DNA from: Clostridium sp.
GTDB taxonomy: Bacteria; Bacillota; Clostridia; Clostridiales; Clostridiaceae
Reading direction: 5' to 3'
Assembly: GCF_032552055.1 (NCBI RefSeq)
Contig: NZ_JAWGSV010000001.1
Span: forward strand, 1-45,382
Length of the DNA: 45,382 bases
Shown here piece by piece: positions 20,203-32,019 of the stretch. Made by a program: the position numbers and the translations under genes. Position 1 is the first letter of the stretch. Every line of letters begins with the position of its first letter. Under the pieces are notes generated by a model. The model did not search any database and had not been told where the DNA came from. It saw only the letters and a program-made list of their open reading frames with translations.

Positions 20203-20391
20203 TTCAATAAAAATATCTACACTCATTCATACAATTATAATTTCATATTCAATAATGCGATATATAAAAATACGTATTAAAAAACAAATATGGTTTAATA
20301 AGTATATTAGTACCGCTTAATTGTAAGTGAATATAAGTTAGTTGTTTATTATATGCTAGTTATAAATAGGAATCTAAAGGAGATAATCAAT

Positions 20392-21366
20392 ATGAATAAT
20401 TATTATATTGGTATAGATTTAGGTGGTACAAATATAAAATCTGCTATATTTAATACTAATTTTGAAAAAATATCAGAACACAGAGTACAAACACATGCTG
20501 ATAAAGGTTCTGATGTTGTTTTATCAAGAATGTTAAATAGTATTGAAGAATTATTAAAAAGCTCTAGAATTTATGCAAGCGAAATACTTTGTATGGGAAT
20601 TGGAGTTCCTGGATTATTGGATACTAAAACAGGAATATCAAAATTTTCTCCGAATTTTTCAAAGTGGGAAAATGTCCATGTATCACAATGGTTTGAAAGC
20701 AAATTGAAAATTCCTACATTTATTGATAATGATGTACGTATGAATTTATATGGAGAATTGTATTTTGGATCAGGAAAAGGCAAAAGCAATGTTGTTCTTA
20801 TAACTTTAGGCACTGGATTAGGATCAGGTGTTATAATAGATGGACATGTATTATACGGTACTACTGGAAGTGTAGGAGAAATTGGGCATATGAATATGTA
20901 TCGCTCAGGGCGACCTTGTCGTTGTGGAAGTTATGGATGTTTAGGTAGATATGTGTCTGCCATTGGTATGTTAAGAACATTAAAAGAGAAATTACAAAAT
21001 GGAAATACTAGTGTAATTCATGACTGGGTAAAAGGTGATTATGATAAAATTACTGCCAAAATGGTATCTGACGCTTTTGATAAAGGTGACAAGGTAGCTA
21101 TAGATACTTTTTATGAAACGGGAGAACTTTTAGGTTATGGGCTGGCTAATGTTATCAATTTATATAATCCAGAATGCATTATCATTGGCGGGGGCATGGC
21201 TGCGGCTGGTGAGAGATTGTTAAAAAGCACAAGAAAAATTGTAGATACTCATGCGTTACAAATTTCAAAGAATACTTGTGAGATTGTAATAGCATCCTTA
21301 GGGGATTCATCCGGAATGCTAGGTGCTGCAATTTATGCAAGCAACCACATGAGAAAAGAAGAATAA
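20392..21366 (+). CDS. ROK-family sugar kinase
   Basis: IGIDLGGTNIK, GIGVPG, DND, LGTGLGSG, GEIGH, CRCGSYGC; no HTH. ATG 20392 follows AAGGAG. Confidence 0.92.
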   Translation: MNNYYIGIDLGGTNIKSAIFNTNFEKISEHRVQTHADKGSDVVLSRMLNSIEELLKSSRIYASEILCMGIGVPGLLDTKTGISKFSPNFSKWENVHVSQWFESKLKIPTFIDNDVRMNLYGELYFGSGKGKSNVVLITLGTGLGSGVIIDGHVLYGTTGSVGEIGHMNMYRSGRPCRCGSYGCLGRYVSAIGMLRTLKEKLQNGNTSVIHDWVKGDYDKITAKMVSDAFDKGDKVAIDTFYETGELLGYGLANVINLYNPECIIIGGGMAAAGERLLKSTRKIVDTHALQISKNTCEIVIASLGDSSGMLGAAIYASNHMRKEE

Positions 21367-21413
21367 ATTTCACAATAATAACATAATTTATTATTTCATT
21401 TAATAAAGATAAA

Positions 21414-21449
21414 AAAATAGAAACTCAATCTAAACTGAGTTTCTATTTT
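21414..21449. terminator. Bidirectional terminator (family C-like)
   Basis: AAAATAGAAACTCA-N8-TGAGTTTCTATTTT between convergent genes. Confidence 0.8.
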
Positions 21450-21511
21450 ATCTTCTTCTAAAATTCTATTTATAAAGATGTTTTATTTTCTTAGGAGCTA
21501 TTATTTATAAT

Positions 21512-22126
21512 CTAAATCTGTAGGTACTTTGTAGATTTTTCCTTCTTTATGAATCTTGTAATATATGAAATAATCGTTCCTCCAGTAAGCATTGCAAAAA
21601 TTGATCCAATTCCAAAAACTCCACCTAATAACATTCCAACTATACAAAATATAACATCTATAACTGTTTTACAGATCTTATAGCTTATATTATATTTCTC
21701 TTCTATGTAATATAAAACTCCATCAAGTCCACTCATTCCACTATCCATAGATATTAATATAGCAAAGCCTAAACATATGGAAGCATTCCCTACTAAGATA
21801 AATATAAAAGAACCTATTAGGCTATTTGCACTTATGACACTTCCAATTATAATCATATAAAAATCTAGAAAGTATCCACATGTGATAGCATATAAAAAAC
21901 TTCCTATCCCTAAGGACTTTCTATTAACAATTATTGCAAGAATAATAAAAAAACCATTATACAAAATACCAATTAAACCATAACTTAATTCGAAGTATTC
22001 ATGAAGTCCCTCCAGTAATAGGGTAATAGAATCCCCTCCTAAACCTGATCTTAGAAATAAACTTGCTCCTAAAGCCACAAAGTTTATAGCTATTATACTA
22101 ATTATTACTTTTTTTAATGTCTCCAT
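21512..22126 (-). CDS. YczE/YyaS/YitT-like membrane protein
   Basis: About six TM helices with internal duplication (SGLGGDS.../MDSGMSG...; GIGS twice). Confidence 0.75.
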   Translation of the reverse strand: METLKKVIISIIAINFVALGASLFLRSGLGGDSITLLLEGLHEYFELSYGLIGILYNGFFIILAIIVNRKSLGIGSFLYAITCGYFLDFYMIIIGSVISANSLIGSFIFILVGNASICLGFAILISMDSGMSGLDGVLYYIEEKYNISYKICKTVIDVIFCIVGMLLGGVFGIGSIFAMLTGGTIISYITRFIKKEKSTKYLQI

Positions 22127-22257
22127 ACTCTCCTCCTTTTTTGCTCACCCTTAAATTATCTAAGAAATTAGAGATTACTACAAATATACTTTTGCACCTT
22201 TAAGTGAAAATATTAAGTTGAGCACAGAAGGTGAAGTTCCTCATAATAGAAGTATAA

Positions 22258-23724
<1,467 letters not shown>

Positions 23725-23745
23725 AATCCAGTTCAAATTTATTAT

Positions 23746-23782
23746 AAAATAGGAACTCAACTTCAAGCTGAGTTCCTTCTTT
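23746..23782 (+). terminator. GH1 terminator (family C-like)
   Basis: AGGAACTCA-N9-TGAGTTCCT then TCTTT. Confidence 0.75.
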
Positions 23783-23874
23783 AATTATTTCGCTCATTTT
23801 TTATTTTAAATCTAAAATTACTAGTAAATATAATATGTGAAATAAGAATATAGCGACGCACTCAACAATAATTC

Positions 23875-24026
23875 TTAAAATTCAGCTCGTCTGAATTTTT
23901 TCCTTTAGTAGGCTTGCATCTACAATTTTAAATTGTTCAAGGAGTTTTTAACATATTGTGCGTAAGCCGACTTGGAGCTTGCGACGGAGGCCGAGCATAA
24001 TATGTTAAAAACTCCTGTATAATTTA
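23875..24026 (+). repeat. Composite repeat (C + D hairpins), right boundary of the accessory block
   Basis: AAAATTCAG-CTCGT-CTGAATTTT, then 77-bp hairpin 23940-24016, then GTATAATTTA. Confidence 0.85.
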
Positions 24027-24037
24027 AAACCATTATT

Positions 24038-25174
24038 CTAGAAGTAAATTTTCTTTCTTCTCATTCCAACATTCATAACTAAGCCTATAGACATAACTGT
24101 AGTTAATAATGAACTTCCTCCATAACTTAGAAGTGGAAGAGTTATTCCTGTTATAGGCATAAGACCTATAGTCATACCGATATTTTGCAACAATGCAAAT
24201 AGGAAATATGATGCTAATCCTATACATATTATTGTTCCAAAAGTATCTTTTGATGTTCTTCCTATAGCAATCATTTTAGAAATTAAAAGTCCATATAATA
24301 ACAGTAAGAATCCAGCTCCTACAAATCCAAATTGCTCTGCAATACTTGCAAATATAAAGTCTGTTTGAACTTCAGGAACATATTGTGGTGCATATCCTAC
24401 TGAGGTTTCATTAGTTACTGAATTTCCTTGTATTCCTAATATTCCACCATTCCCTATACTTATAAGTGATTGTCTTAACTGATATCCAGCTTCAGAGGTA
24501 TCAGATTCAGGATTTAAGAAAGATGTTATTCTTTTCTTTTGATAAGGTGCTATTATTCCAGAGTTCCACACTATAATCACTGCTAAAAGTAATGATAGTA
24601 GTCCTCCACCTATTATCTTAATATCTAGTCCTGCAATAAAGAATATTCCTAAAACTATAAAGAATAAAACCATAGTCATACCCATATCAGGTTGAATTAC
24701 TATAAATATCGCTGGAACTATCGCATAAAAAGCCATCTTAAAGAAATTCTTAAGCTCATTTATAGTCCCATCCATTTCTTCTAAAACTTTACCTAGCATC
24801 ATTATTGTTGCTATTTTGGCTAATTCTGCTGGTTGAAAGGATAGTGGACCAAGTCTTATCCATCCCCTTGCACCATTTATATCAGTACCAATAAACATGG
24901 TTACTATTAATAATGCAATAGATCCCCAATAAAAAAGAGGCGTATAAGATTTTAGTAATGTATAATCAATTGCTACTACAAAATATAATGCTACTAAGCA
25001 TACTACAAACCAAACTGCCTGTCTCTTTAAAAATAGGGTCCCATATTCAACGTTACTTGCATAGTATATATTTACTATTCCAAATATCATTAATGATATC
25101 ATAGAAAGTAGCATTACCTTGTCTATTTCTTTTAACTTCTTTAAATCAATCTTAAAATTAGATAATGAAAACAT
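24038..25174 (-). CDS. rodA: Rod shape-determining SEDS protein
   Basis: GARGWI, FQPAELAK, QPDMG, PEVQTDFIF, MPITGITLPLLSYGGSS; follows minE. Confidence 0.93.
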   Translation of the reverse strand: MFSLSNFKIDLKKLKEIDKVMLLSMISLMIFGIVNIYYASNVEYGTLFLKRQAVWFVVCLVALYFVVAIDYTLLKSYTPLFYWGSIALLIVTMFIGTDINGARGWIRLGPLSFQPAELAKIATIMMLGKVLEEMDGTINELKNFFKMAFYAIVPAIFIVIQPDMGMTMVLFFIVLGIFFIAGLDIKIIGGGLLSLLLAVIIVWNSGIIAPYQKKRITSFLNPESDTSEAGYQLRQSLISIGNGGILGIQGNSVTNETSVGYAPQYVPEVQTDFIFASIAEQFGFVGAGFLLLLYGLLISKMIAIGRTSKDTFGTIICIGLASYFLFALLQNIGMTIGLMPITGITLPLLSYGGSSLLTTVMSIGLVMNVGMRRKKIYF

Positions 25175-25350
25175 ATCCTAAACACTCACCTCCATTTTTG
25201 ATCTTAGATTTATTATATCCAAAAAACTTATGTTTCTCCATATTATCTTCTATGAATAACAAAAATTTAAGAAATTATTAATTATTCATATTCTAGGTAT
25301 TCTCTTTAACTTAGATATAAATTAACTAAAAATAAAAAATTCATATTACT

Positions 25351-25386
25351 TTTGCCTAAAGAAAAACTCAGCCTAAGCTGAGTCCC
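25351..25386 (-). terminator. Family C hairpin after minE
   Basis: AAAAACTCAGC-CTAA-GCTGAGT. Confidence 0.75.
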
Positions 25387-25432
25387 TTATTAATTTCTGT
25401 AATTTAAAACAAATTGCTCTCTTAATTCTTAA

Positions 25433-25696
25433 TTAATTTTTGATATTTTTAATAGGAATATTAGCTACAAGAGCAGGGTTGTTCCCGTCTACATTTTCAC
25501 TCTTGCTTACTGTTAATTCAACATCATCAATATCTATTTCTATATATTTAGATAATACCTCTAATATTTCCGCTCTAATTTTATCAAGGGTTTCATGAGG
25601 CAAATCCCCTCTATCATGTATTAATATTAGCTTTAATCTATCTTTAGCAACATCTTTAGGTGTTTGTCTATTGGAAAATTTCTTAAAAAAATCCAC
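25433..25696 (-). CDS. minE: Cell division topological specificity factor
   Basis: AKDRLKLILIHDR, EILEVLSKY, LVANIP. Confidence 0.96.
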   Translation of the reverse strand: MDFFKKFSNRQTPKDVAKDRLKLILIHDRGDLPHETLDKIRAEILEVLSKYIEIDIDDVELTVSKSENVDGNNPALVANIPIKNIKN

Positions 25697-25713
25697 CTCT
25701 CTCTCCCCCTTTA

Positions 25714-26508
25714 CTAACGTTTAAATAATTTCTTTAATGATGCGAAGAATCCTTCTCCACCAGTTTTTAAATCCATTAGTGGCACTTCTTCTCCAGTTAA
25801 TCTTCTAGCTATATTTCTAAAAGCTTGCCCAGACACAGACTTTTCATCTAATACTATAGGCTCACCTTTATTAGTAGATACTGTGATATTCTTATCATCA
25901 GGAACTACTCCAAGTAACTCTATTGATAAAGTTTCTATAATATCAGAGATATCTAACATATCCCCTCTTTGAGTCATTTCATAATTTAACCTATTTATAA
26001 TTACTGAATGATCATCTAATCCTTTAGCATCTAGCTTACCAATAACTCTATCAGCATCTCTAACAGAAGTAATTTCTGGATTTACTACAACTACAGCCTT
26101 ATCTGCTCCTACTACTGAATTTTCAAATCCTTGTTCAATTCCAGCAGGACAATCAATAAGTATATAATCAAAATCCTCCTTAAGCTGATTTACTATCTTA
26201 AGCATATCTTGAGGTCTTATATCATCTTTATCCTTAGTTTGAGCTGTTGGTAAAAGGCAAAGATTTTGATATCTTTTATCCTTTATTAATGCTTGTTTTA
26301 ATCTACATCTGTTTTCAATAACATCTGATAATGTATAAACTATTCTATTTTCAAGTCCCATTAAGACATCTAAATTTCTAAGACCAGTATCTCCATCTAC
26401 TACTACTACTTTTTTATTTAAAGCGGCTAATGCAGTTCCGATGTTTGCAGTAGTTGTTGTCTTTCCAACTCCACCTTTACCTGATGTAATTACTATAGAA
26501 ATTCCCAT
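25714..26508 (-). CDS. minD: Septum site-determining ATPase
   Basis: SGKGGVGKTT, GLRNLD, DCPAGIEQG, RDADR. Confidence 0.97.
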   Translation of the reverse strand: MGISIVITSGKGGVGKTTTTANIGTALAALNKKVVVVDGDTGLRNLDVLMGLENRIVYTLSDVIENRCRLKQALIKDKRYQNLCLLPTAQTKDKDDIRPQDMLKIVNQLKEDFDYILIDCPAGIEQGFENSVVGADKAVVVVNPEITSVRDADRVIGKLDAKGLDDHSVIINRLNYEMTQRGDMLDISDIIETLSIELLGVVPDDKNITVSTNKGEPIVLDEKSVSGQAFRNIARRLTGEEVPLMDLKTGGEGFFASLKKLFKR

Positions 26509-26718
26509 ATTATTATCCCTCCAACACTATCTATATTTCAATAAATAAATTACATTAATGCAGTTCTGTAAAGTTATAAGTAAAAAGAACTACTACGTAA
26601 AATATTTTAATTAAAAGCATAGATTATTTAATTATTATTTAAGTTGATAAAATACTTATCTGATATAAATATGATTAATATAAAGTATAACTTTGTATAA
26701 TTTATACTATATTAAAGC

Positions 26719-27369
26719 TTATATATATTTCTTGGGTAAATAAGGTTCTACCACTATATTGTTATCTTTTATTTTTGCAAGCTCTGGATAAGAAGGCTTA
26801 ATACCATCTTCTGGAGCTATAGTTACAATATCTGCAATTTGTAATATTTCTGGTTGAAGGTTAAAAGCTGAAATTATAGCTTTTTTATTTCCTCCCATTC
26901 CAGCATGAACTTGACCTTTAATAGTTCCTAGAACTACTATGTTCCCTCCCGCATATACTTCAGCACCATGATTAATATCTCCTACAATCACGATATTTCC
27001 ATAATACCTTACAAGTTGTCCACCTCTTATAGTTTTCTTTATAAATTTAGTTTTTCCTTCATATATTCCATTAAAAATTTTATTTTCTTTCTTTTCCTTA
27101 GCTCCAGTTTTCTTTATAGGTTCAAAAACACATTCTTTAATTTGAATCTTATTAAATAAGGTTTCTTTTAACTGTGCTACTTCTTCTTCTTTTAATAAAT
27201 CTAAGTTCGTTTCTATTTTAATAGATGATCCCTTGTAAAAACCTTTACCCACAGATAACTTTTTAACTAATGCTTCTAGCATATCATCAAAGTTATTAAA
27301 TCTATCCATATCTATAAAGGCGTTTATTCCGTCACTATTACCTCTAATTTGAATACTATGTACTTTCAT
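26719..27369 (-). CDS. minC: Septum site-determining protein
   Basis: TIRGGQ, GDINHGAEV, VHAG; upstream of minD. Confidence 0.94.
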   Translation of the reverse strand: MKVHSIQIRGNSDGINAFIDMDRFNNFDDMLEALVKKLSVGKGFYKGSSIKIETNLDLLKEEEVAQLKETLFNKIQIKECVFEPIKKTGAKEKKENKIFNGIYEGKTKFIKKTIRGGQLVRYYGNIVIVGDINHGAEVYAGGNIVVLGTIKGQVHAGMGGNKKAIISAFNLQPEILQIADIVTIAPEDGIKPSYPELAKIKDNNIVVEPYLPKKYI

Positions 27370-27625
27370 TGGCCACCCTCCACCAACTTAAACTTTACTT
27401 TTTAAAATTTTTGTCACATATCTATAATTATACAATTAATTTATATATATTAACAACAGTATTTTTTAACAAACTCCCATATATCCCTAATTCCATAAGA
27501 TTTTTATAATATTATTACAATTATTTCCCAATTATGAAGATAAAGCTTCAATAATCTCCTTAGAAAGACATCAAAACCTTTCTTAAACTTTTTCTCTCCT
27601 AATTCCCTCTAAAACTCATCAAAGT

Positions 27626-27652
27626 AAAGAAACTCAGCAAAAGCTGAGTCCC
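27626..27652 (-). terminator. Family C hairpin after the PBP2 gene
   Basis: AAACTCAGC-AAAA-GCTGAGT. Confidence 0.75.
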
Positions 27653-27665
27653 AAAACTTAATAAT

Positions 27666-27723
27666 ATAATTCAGAAGAAATTATTTCCTTAATTCTTCAT
27701 TCTTAATTTTTTATTCTTAATTA
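27666..27723 (-). repeat. Family B divergent copy
   Basis: Minus strand: AATTAAG AATAAAA AATTAAG AATGAAG AATTAAG GAAATAATTTCTTCTGAATTAT, directly after the stop codon. Confidence 0.7.
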
Positions 27724-30669
27724 TTAATTAGCCGTTGTATCTATCTTTATGCTATCATCCTTATTATCCTTAAGAGGTGAGTCTTGAACATACTTTCTAA
27801 AGGATTCTGATTTTGATGCATAAGATGGATCCATTTTTAATAACTCCTCTTTAAAGAAGGCTTCATAAATTGCCTTATGAATAGTTGCACCTTCACTACC
27901 TCTTTTACCATCATAGATAGTTGAGAATATAGCTATTTGAGGATCATCTAATGGTGCAAAACTAATATAGTTACCATAAGCTAATCTACCTTGAATAACA
28001 TAGTTCTCATCTGTACTAAAGTCGGCAGTACCTGTTTTACCTGCAACCTTTATAGGAAAGTTTCCAAAACTCTGATATGCAGTACCATTACTTGGACTAG
28101 TGTTAACTCTATACATACCATCCTTTACAGCTTGTAAATATGATTCCGGTATATCTAATTCATCTACCAGCTCAGGTTTATATTCCTTTATTACCTCTCC
28201 TGTTGGAGTTGTAACCTTATCTACAATGCTTACCTTATATCTCTTACCACCACTAGCTAAAGTAGCGACATAGTTTGCCATTTGTACAGGTGTAACATTA
28301 TTCATACCTTGACCTATAGCACTAGATATAATTTGACCTGGAGTTATAATTTCAGTTGTAGCGTTATTTATAATGTAAAAGGCTATAGCATCTGCTATTA
28401 CTCCAGCTTCCTCATTAATATCTACACTTCTCTTTTGGGAAGTTTCAACTACTGCGCTTTTAAACTGAGGAGAAAGATCCATAATTTTTTTAATATATGG
28501 CAATAAGCTTTCTGCAAACTTAGTATTATCTGTTATCTCTTCATCAGTCCCTACCTTTTCTAATGCTGCTTTCATTTCATTCTTTAATGCAGTTTTTGCT
28601 TCCTTTAAGTCATCTGGATCGCTTTCATTATCTGCTATATCAAAAGGAACAAAGGAATAACGATAATAGACTCCCTTTTGTAAATCTTCTACTATTCCAT
28701 ACATAGGAGTATCTACTATTTTCTTTTTCCAAGATTCAAAATTATATACTTGCCCAAAGTCTTCTTGTATTTGAATACCTGTTGATAAGCTCTTTTCTTT
28801 TTGATCCTCTTGTGACATACCAAGTCCAAACTTCCATGCATAATGTGCTAAAGTGTCTAAGGCTTCAATATTACCGCCATTAATAGCTCCACCATTTTTC
28901 TTATATAATCTATATCCAAGTTCATAAAAATAGTAGTTTGATGAAACTTCTAAAGCCTTTCTTAAGTCTGTAGCACCATTAGCTCTTCCCTCAAAGTTTT
29001 TTAATATCATCCCTGGTAATTCTTCCGTACTCCAAGTTCCGTTATTATCCATCATAACTTCCCCTTCAGTTACTACACCTTCCATCAATCCAGCTATTGC
29101 TGTAATTGGCTTAAATGTAGATCCAGGAGGAAGTAATCCTTGTGTTGCATAGTTAAAAAATTTCTTAGGGTAAGTATCAAACTTATCTACTCTTTTCCCA
29201 GTATCTTCATCCATAGGAAATAAGTAATCTATTCCTCCAGTAGCTCCAGTCCTTTTTATAAATTCTTTGGCATAAGCATCTATATCAGGATCAAAGTATT
29301 CTTGTGATAATTCATCAGTAAGTTTTCCTGGAATTGAAAAGACATTAGGATCATAATCTGGGTAACTTGCCATAGCTATTACTCTACCTGTATTTACTTC
29401 TATAGCTACTACAGCACCTCTAGTTGCATTAGGAGCTATACTACTTCTTACTCTTTCTAGCGTATCCTTCAAAGCTTGCTCAGCTGCATACTGTACATTC
29501 TTATCTATAGTTAAATGAACATTATTCCCTGGGTAAGAATCTAATCTAAATAATTCTTCTGTAACTCTCCCCTTAGAGTTTACTTTAACTGTAGTTCCAC
29601 CTTTAACTCCTTTTAATTGATCTTCAAAGGCTGATTCTATACCAGCAATACCAATTAAGTCAGAAGAAGCATCATATCCTCTTAACTCATAATTAGTTTC
29701 CTTAGAAGAATCTATTGATGATAGATATCCTATAGTACTAGATGCTAAAGTATTGTAAGGATAATATCTAATTGGTTTTTTACTAACATCTATACCTGGT
29801 AAATCATTTAACTTTTGATAAACTATAAAGGCAGTATCTTGTTTAATATTTTCAGCAATATCAACTGCTCTATACCCCTTAAAGCTTTGCATTTTTATAG
29901 CATCTTTAACTACCATGTATTGTCTTACTTCTTTAAGTGAATATTTAGTTAAAAGCTCATCAAGGATTTCCTTACCGGACATCTCCTCATATTTGTCATT
30001 ATATGCTTCAAGCCTAGCATTATAAGCCTTATTAGTTTCTCCTTCTTCTTGAACTGGAACTGGATTTACAAGTTCTTGAAGATTATATATCTTAACAAGT
30101 TTATAGAAAGTTTCTTCTGGTGAAATTTTAAGTAGCTCTTTATCTACTAAAGCTATTTCATCATCAGTAAAGTCTGTTTCTTTACCTTCAAACTCAGCCT
30201 TCTCTATTTCCTCATTAAGGCCTCTATCTCTTTTAAATCTTACTTCAACTATTTTCTTAGTATCAGCATCATCAGTTTTAAAGTCAAAATAGAACTTGCC
30301 GCTACTATCTAACTTTAACAATAAATCATCTTGAAATTCTTCACCATTTTCAGATAAAATCTTAAAAACATTACTCATAGTTTCATAAAAATTTTCATTT
30401 TCATCATTTGGCTTAGTATAAGTTAAGTTATATGTTTGGATATTAGTAGCTAATATATTACCTTCACTATCATATATTTTACCTCTAGGTGCATCTTCAG
30501 ATATAAGTCTTGTAGAACTAATATCAGCTCTTTCCTTATAATCTGCATGCTTATATATTTGGAGGTAAACTAATCTTGAAAGTATAGTAGTAAAAAGTAC
30601 TATCATTATAATATTTAAAACAAAAAACCTAGAAATCTTCTTCTTTTTTTTCGGTTTATTTACTATCAT
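27724..30669 (-). CDS. mrdA: Class B penicillin-binding protein 2
   Basis: APRGKIYD, RYYP, PGSTFK, SSN, KTGT; in the mre operon. Confidence 0.9.
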   Translation of the reverse strand: MIVNKPKKKKKISRFFVLNIIMIVLFTTILSRLVYLQIYKHADYKERADISSTRLISEDAPRGKIYDSEGNILATNIQTYNLTYTKPNDENENFYETMSNVFKILSENGEEFQDDLLLKLDSSGKFYFDFKTDDADTKKIVEVRFKRDRGLNEEIEKAEFEGKETDFTDDEIALVDKELLKISPEETFYKLVKIYNLQELVNPVPVQEEGETNKAYNARLEAYNDKYEEMSGKEILDELLTKYSLKEVRQYMVVKDAIKMQSFKGYRAVDIAENIKQDTAFIVYQKLNDLPGIDVSKKPIRYYPYNTLASSTIGYLSSIDSSKETNYELRGYDASSDLIGIAGIESAFEDQLKGVKGGTTVKVNSKGRVTEELFRLDSYPGNNVHLTIDKNVQYAAEQALKDTLERVRSSIAPNATRGAVVAIEVNTGRVIAMASYPDYDPNVFSIPGKLTDELSQEYFDPDIDAYAKEFIKRTGATGGIDYLFPMDEDTGKRVDKFDTYPKKFFNYATQGLLPPGSTFKPITAIAGLMEGVVTEGEVMMDNNGTWSTEELPGMILKNFEGRANGATDLRKALEVSSNYYFYELGYRLYKKNGGAINGGNIEALDTLAHYAWKFGLGMSQEDQKEKSLSTGIQIQEDFGQVYNFESWKKKIVDTPMYGIVEDLQKGVYYRYSFVPFDIADNESDPDDLKEAKTALKNEMKAALEKVGTDEEITDNTKFAESLLPYIKKIMDLSPQFKSAVVETSQKRSVDINEEAGVIADAIAFYIINNATTEIITPGQIISSAIGQGMNNVTPVQMANYVATLASGGKRYKVSIVDKVTTPTGEVIKEYKPELVDELDIPESYLQAVKDGMYRVNTSPSNGTAYQSFGNFPIKVAGKTGTADFSTDENYVIQGRLAYGNYISFAPLDDPQIAIFSTIYDGKRGSEGATIHKAIYEAFFKEELLKMDPSYASKSESFRKYVQDSPLKDNKDDSIKIDTTAN

Positions 30670-31157
30670 TTAAACCTCCATGACTTCTTTTTATAATTAT
30701 TATCATAAAGTCTTAAAACAAAATTGTACCCTAGAAACATAACAACAGCATTATAGATTGATGAATAAATACCTATTGTTCCATTAACAGTTTTATCAGA
30801 TAACTTTAATATTAAAGCTATAGCAAAAACTTTTAATAATGATAAGAACACTGTAGATACAACAGGTATTAATTTCTTTTCTCTATATATGTTTTCACCT
30901 ATAATTGCTGCAAGTAGGCATAAAAGCATATTAATAAAAGAGTTTACTCCAAAACCATTGTAAAAAAATATATCTTGTAGTAACCCTGAAGTTACCCCTA
31001 TAATAACAGCTTCTTTTCTTCCATAAATAATTGAATAAGCTATTGCAAATGTGAAAATCAAAGTTGGATAAGCACCTTTTATAGAAAAGAAAGGCATAAG
31101 AGAGTTATCTAATATTAAAAGTAATAACGAAATTAAAACTAAAATCCACTTCTTCAT
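30666..31157 (-). CDS. mreD: Rod shape-determining protein MreD
   Basis: Hydrophobic, GLLQDIF; follows mreC. Confidence 0.92.
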   Translation of the reverse strand: MKKWILVLISLLLLILDNSLMPFFSIKGAYPTLIFTFAIAYSIIYGRKEAVIIGVTSGLLQDIFFYNGFGVNSFINMLLCLLAAIIGENIYREKKLIPVVSTVFLSLLKVFAIALILKLSDKTVNGTIGIYSSIYNAVVMFLGYNFVLRLYDNNYKKKSWRFK

Positions 31158-31167
31158 AAACTACCCT

Positions 31168-32019
31168 CTAATTCTCATATTTTACTTCCCTAGTTTCTGT
31201 AGGGATAATAACAAATAAATCCTCAAGATTACTAAAGTCAACATATGGCTTTACTATTGCAGTCTTCATAACTCTAATATCATCTGTTTCTACTGACACT
31301 ACTTCACCAATTCTGACTTCCTTAGGATAAATCTGTCCAAGTCCTGAAGTTAATATAACATCTCCTTCTTTTATAGCAGAATTAACAGGTAAGTTTGTAA
31401 CCTTAGTTAACCCATCATTGCTACGAGTTACATATCCTTCTAATATACCTGTAGTTTCTCTAGTGCTATTTACCATAACAGAAACAGCTATATTTTCACT
31501 TAATAAGCTTTCAACTATCGCCCAATTAGTTCCTGTACTGGTAACCTGTCCCACAAGCCCCTTATCAGCAACTACTACCATGCCCTTTTTAAGCCCATGA
31601 TTTTCCCCCTTATTTATAACATATCCTTGAGTATAACTTTCTCCGCTATATCCTATAATTTCACACCCAATATATTCATAACTGCTTTTAGAATCTGTAA
31701 AGTTAAGCACTTCTCTTAACCTATCATTTTCTTCCTTAAGCTTATCGTACTCTAATAACTTATTTTTAAGTTCAATATTTTCCTTTGTTAAGTCTTTATT
31801 TTCATTTTTTACCTCTGAGAAATTAAGAAAAAAATCCAAAGTTTCCTTTACCTTATCACTAATAGAGTAAACAACTTTTTGCAGAGGATTTATTGTAGTA
31901 CCCACACCACTTGAAAGCGCATCTTTACTATCACTATTAACTGTATAAATAATTATTCCTAAAAAGGCAACTGACAGCACTATTACAGTTACTGCCAGTT
32001 TATTCTTAAAGAGCTTCAT
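31168..32019 (-). CDS. mreC: Rod shape-determining protein MreC
   Basis: TM, coiled coil ENDRLR, GLVGQV, TSGLGQIYP. Confidence 0.95.
   Translation of the reverse strand: MKLFKNKLAVTVIVLSVAFLGIIIYTVNSDSKDALSSGVGTTINPLQKVVYSISDKVKETLDFFLNFSEVKNENKDLTKENIELKNKLLEYDKLKEENDRLREVLNFTDSKSSYEYIGCEIIGYSGESYTQGYVINKGENHGLKKGMVVVADKGLVGQVTSTGTNWAIVESLLSENIAVSVMVNSTRETTGILEGYVTRSNDGLTKVTNLPVNSAIKEGDVILTSGLGQIYPKEVRIGEVVSVETDDIRVMKTAIVKPYVDFSNLEDLFVIIPTETREVKYEN

Noticed and set aside
27724..30669. Unusually long PBP2 (981 aa)
   Set aside because: Catalytic motifs are intact, and long class B PBPs with insertions are common in clostridia.
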